Of a stretch of DNA of 64,000 nucleotides, positions 62,638 to 64,000 are shown in pieces. The DNA comes from an uncultured Armatimonadetes bacterium (GTDB taxonomy: Bacteria > Armatimonadota > UBA5829 > DTJY01). The stretch covers positions 2,688,001 through 2,752,000 of the forward strand of contig OY970325.1 in NCBI GenBank assembly GCA_963717145.1, in the 5' to 3' direction. A program made the translations under genes and the position numbers. Numbering within the stretch: position 1 is the stretch's first letter; each line of letters opens with the position of its first letter. The notes under the pieces are model-generated. The model did no database searches. It worked only from the letters and a program-made list of their open reading frames with translations, and was not told where the DNA came from.

Positions 62638-64000
62638 CTACCTTATCTCGACCTTTGAACCGTGGGATGACACGGGCGCTGCGAGCCGCACCCAGTAGGA
62701 ATCGCCGCTTCGTTCGACGACGGCTTTCACCTGCCGGCCATCGAGGCGCACGTCGGACGCCTTCGGTGACTTGGCGAACGGTCCGAGGCGGATCTGCGCC
62801 GTGCCAAGTGATGCGTCCGCGGCGACCTGCAGGATCATGCCGCCTTCGGTTCGGGTCAGCGTGTATCGGAGATGAGCGGTTCTTGGCCGGCCCGCAATCT
62901 CGACCAGCACGGGGTAATCCTCCACGTGAACCGTCGTCCACTTGTGCGGCATCCTGGGGAAGAGGCGCAGTTGCTTCGGATGAGCGTCGTCGATGCCGAG
63001 GACTATGCGAATGGCTTTCACGATCTCCGCCTGCTGCACGCCGTTCCCGAGGTCGCCGGTCCGGAACCAGAACCGCCCGCCGGGTTCGACCTCGCAGCCC
63101 TCGGGGACGATATAGGGCTTGTACCCCGGGTAGTAGGTCGCGCGCGCGGCCCAATCCAGCATGGTGGTCGCGTCGTTCATACGGTCGAGCAGGAGGGCCG
63201 ACTGCGTGACGAACCCCTGCCCGTAGCCCATCGCGGTACCATAGAAACCGAATGGCTTGTAGGCATCAATGAGTCTACGGTACGCCGCCTCGTTGATGGA
63301 ACCCCATCCGGTATCGTCCTCCGCCGGGTCGAATCCACGCCCATCAGGCATGGCGATGATCGGTCCGAGGACGGTGCTCCGATTCGGCCAACCTGAGTGA
63401 TCGAGGGTCCATACCTTCCCATAGCCCGATTCACTGACGACGTAAGCCTTGGGGATCGCGCTCTGCATGAGTGACGCACGATTCCTCCACTGAGCGGCAG
63501 CGCCCTTCTCGCCGATCGAGTCCGCCATCTCTGCGAGCGCCCTGAGCGCCTCCATGCAGGCGACGTCGGCGTACACCGTATTCCCCACCCCGCCCGCGCA
63601 CTCGCTGTCGGTGCGGAGGACATCGGTCGCGCCGGAGATCTCGGGGTGCGCGAACTGCCAGAGGATCCAATCCCCCGCCGCGCGCATGTCGGTCCAGTGA
63701 TCGCGGAGCCACTCATCACGGTCGGGCAGCCTCTGCCAGAGCTTGTAGATGAACATGGTGGTGAACGCATGCCCGTCGTTCTCGAAGCAGCCATCGTTCG
63801 GGCTCGGGAGGTTGAGGATCCGGCACCAGTGCGGCGGGAGCGCGACCCCGTTGAGCTTCAGGTCAGGGCGCTCACTCCATGCGCGGGCAGACCTGAAGCA
63901 GTACTCGGCGCACCGCAGACCCTCCTCGATGTAGCCCTGATCGACGATCTCCTGGAGCGTGCGGCCCATGTCGCGCGACCAGGAATGCCCATAGTAGGAG
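62638..64000 (-). CDS. Six-hairpin (alpha/alpha)6 glycosidase-like protein (5' partial, runs off window end)
   Basis: Frame is open to the window end (SYYGHSWSRDMGR); WxRD, ENDGH and DSEC motifs; helical repeats. Confidence 0.6.
   Translation of the reverse strand, partial: SYYGHSWSRDMGRTLQEIVDQGYIEEGLRCAEYCFRSARAWSERPDLKLNGVALPPHWCRILNLPSPNDGCFENDGHAFTTMFIYKLWQRLPDRDEWLRDHWTDMRAAGDWILWQFAHPEISGATDVLRTDSECAGGVGNTVYADVACMEALRALAEMADSIGEKGAAAQWRNRASLMQSAIPKAYVVSESGYGKVWTLDHSGWPNRSTVLGPIIAMPDGRGFDPAEDDTGWGSINEAAYRRLIDAYKPFGFYGTAMGYGQGFVTQSALLLDRMNDATTMLDWAARATYYPGYKPYIVPEGCEVEPGGRFWFRTGDLGNGVQQAEIVKAIRIVLGIDDAHPKQLRLFPRMPHKWTTVHVEDYPVLVEIAGRPRTAHLRYTLTRTEGGMILQVAADASLGTAQIRLGPFAKSPKASDVRLDGRQVKAVVERSGDSYWVRLAAPVSSHGSKVEIR

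Overview
High-GC bacterial window dominated by a roughly 55 kb cell-surface/extracellular-protein region. The C-terminal domain repertoire suggests Armatimonadota (my recognition, not a database result). The most striking element is an uncharacterised ~250-aa secreted, Cys-patterned domain ending in GTGIAxxxENPACCKLxxDxE(F/Y), present eight times. Six copies are stand-alone signal-peptide proteins (five in tandem at 8.4-13.3 kb, one at 29.8 kb). Two copies are the C-terminal module of large passenger proteins that flank a Flp/Tad pilus operon. Interleaved are a LolA-like protein, a degenerate 5'-nucleotidase/tetraheme cytochrome c fusion, two sigma54-driven PEP-CTERM proteins, two giant propeller + FN3-like repeat adhesins and a KP-43-like subtilase; the last three share another C-terminal domain. 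The flanks hold a CCA-adding enzyme, an orphan peroxiredoxin 3' fragment, an FN3/LVIVD protein and a glycosidase-UroD-like-MFS operon. Several long genes are broken by single-base indels that look like long-read consensus errors. No rRNA, tRNA, CRISPR array or transposase was seen.
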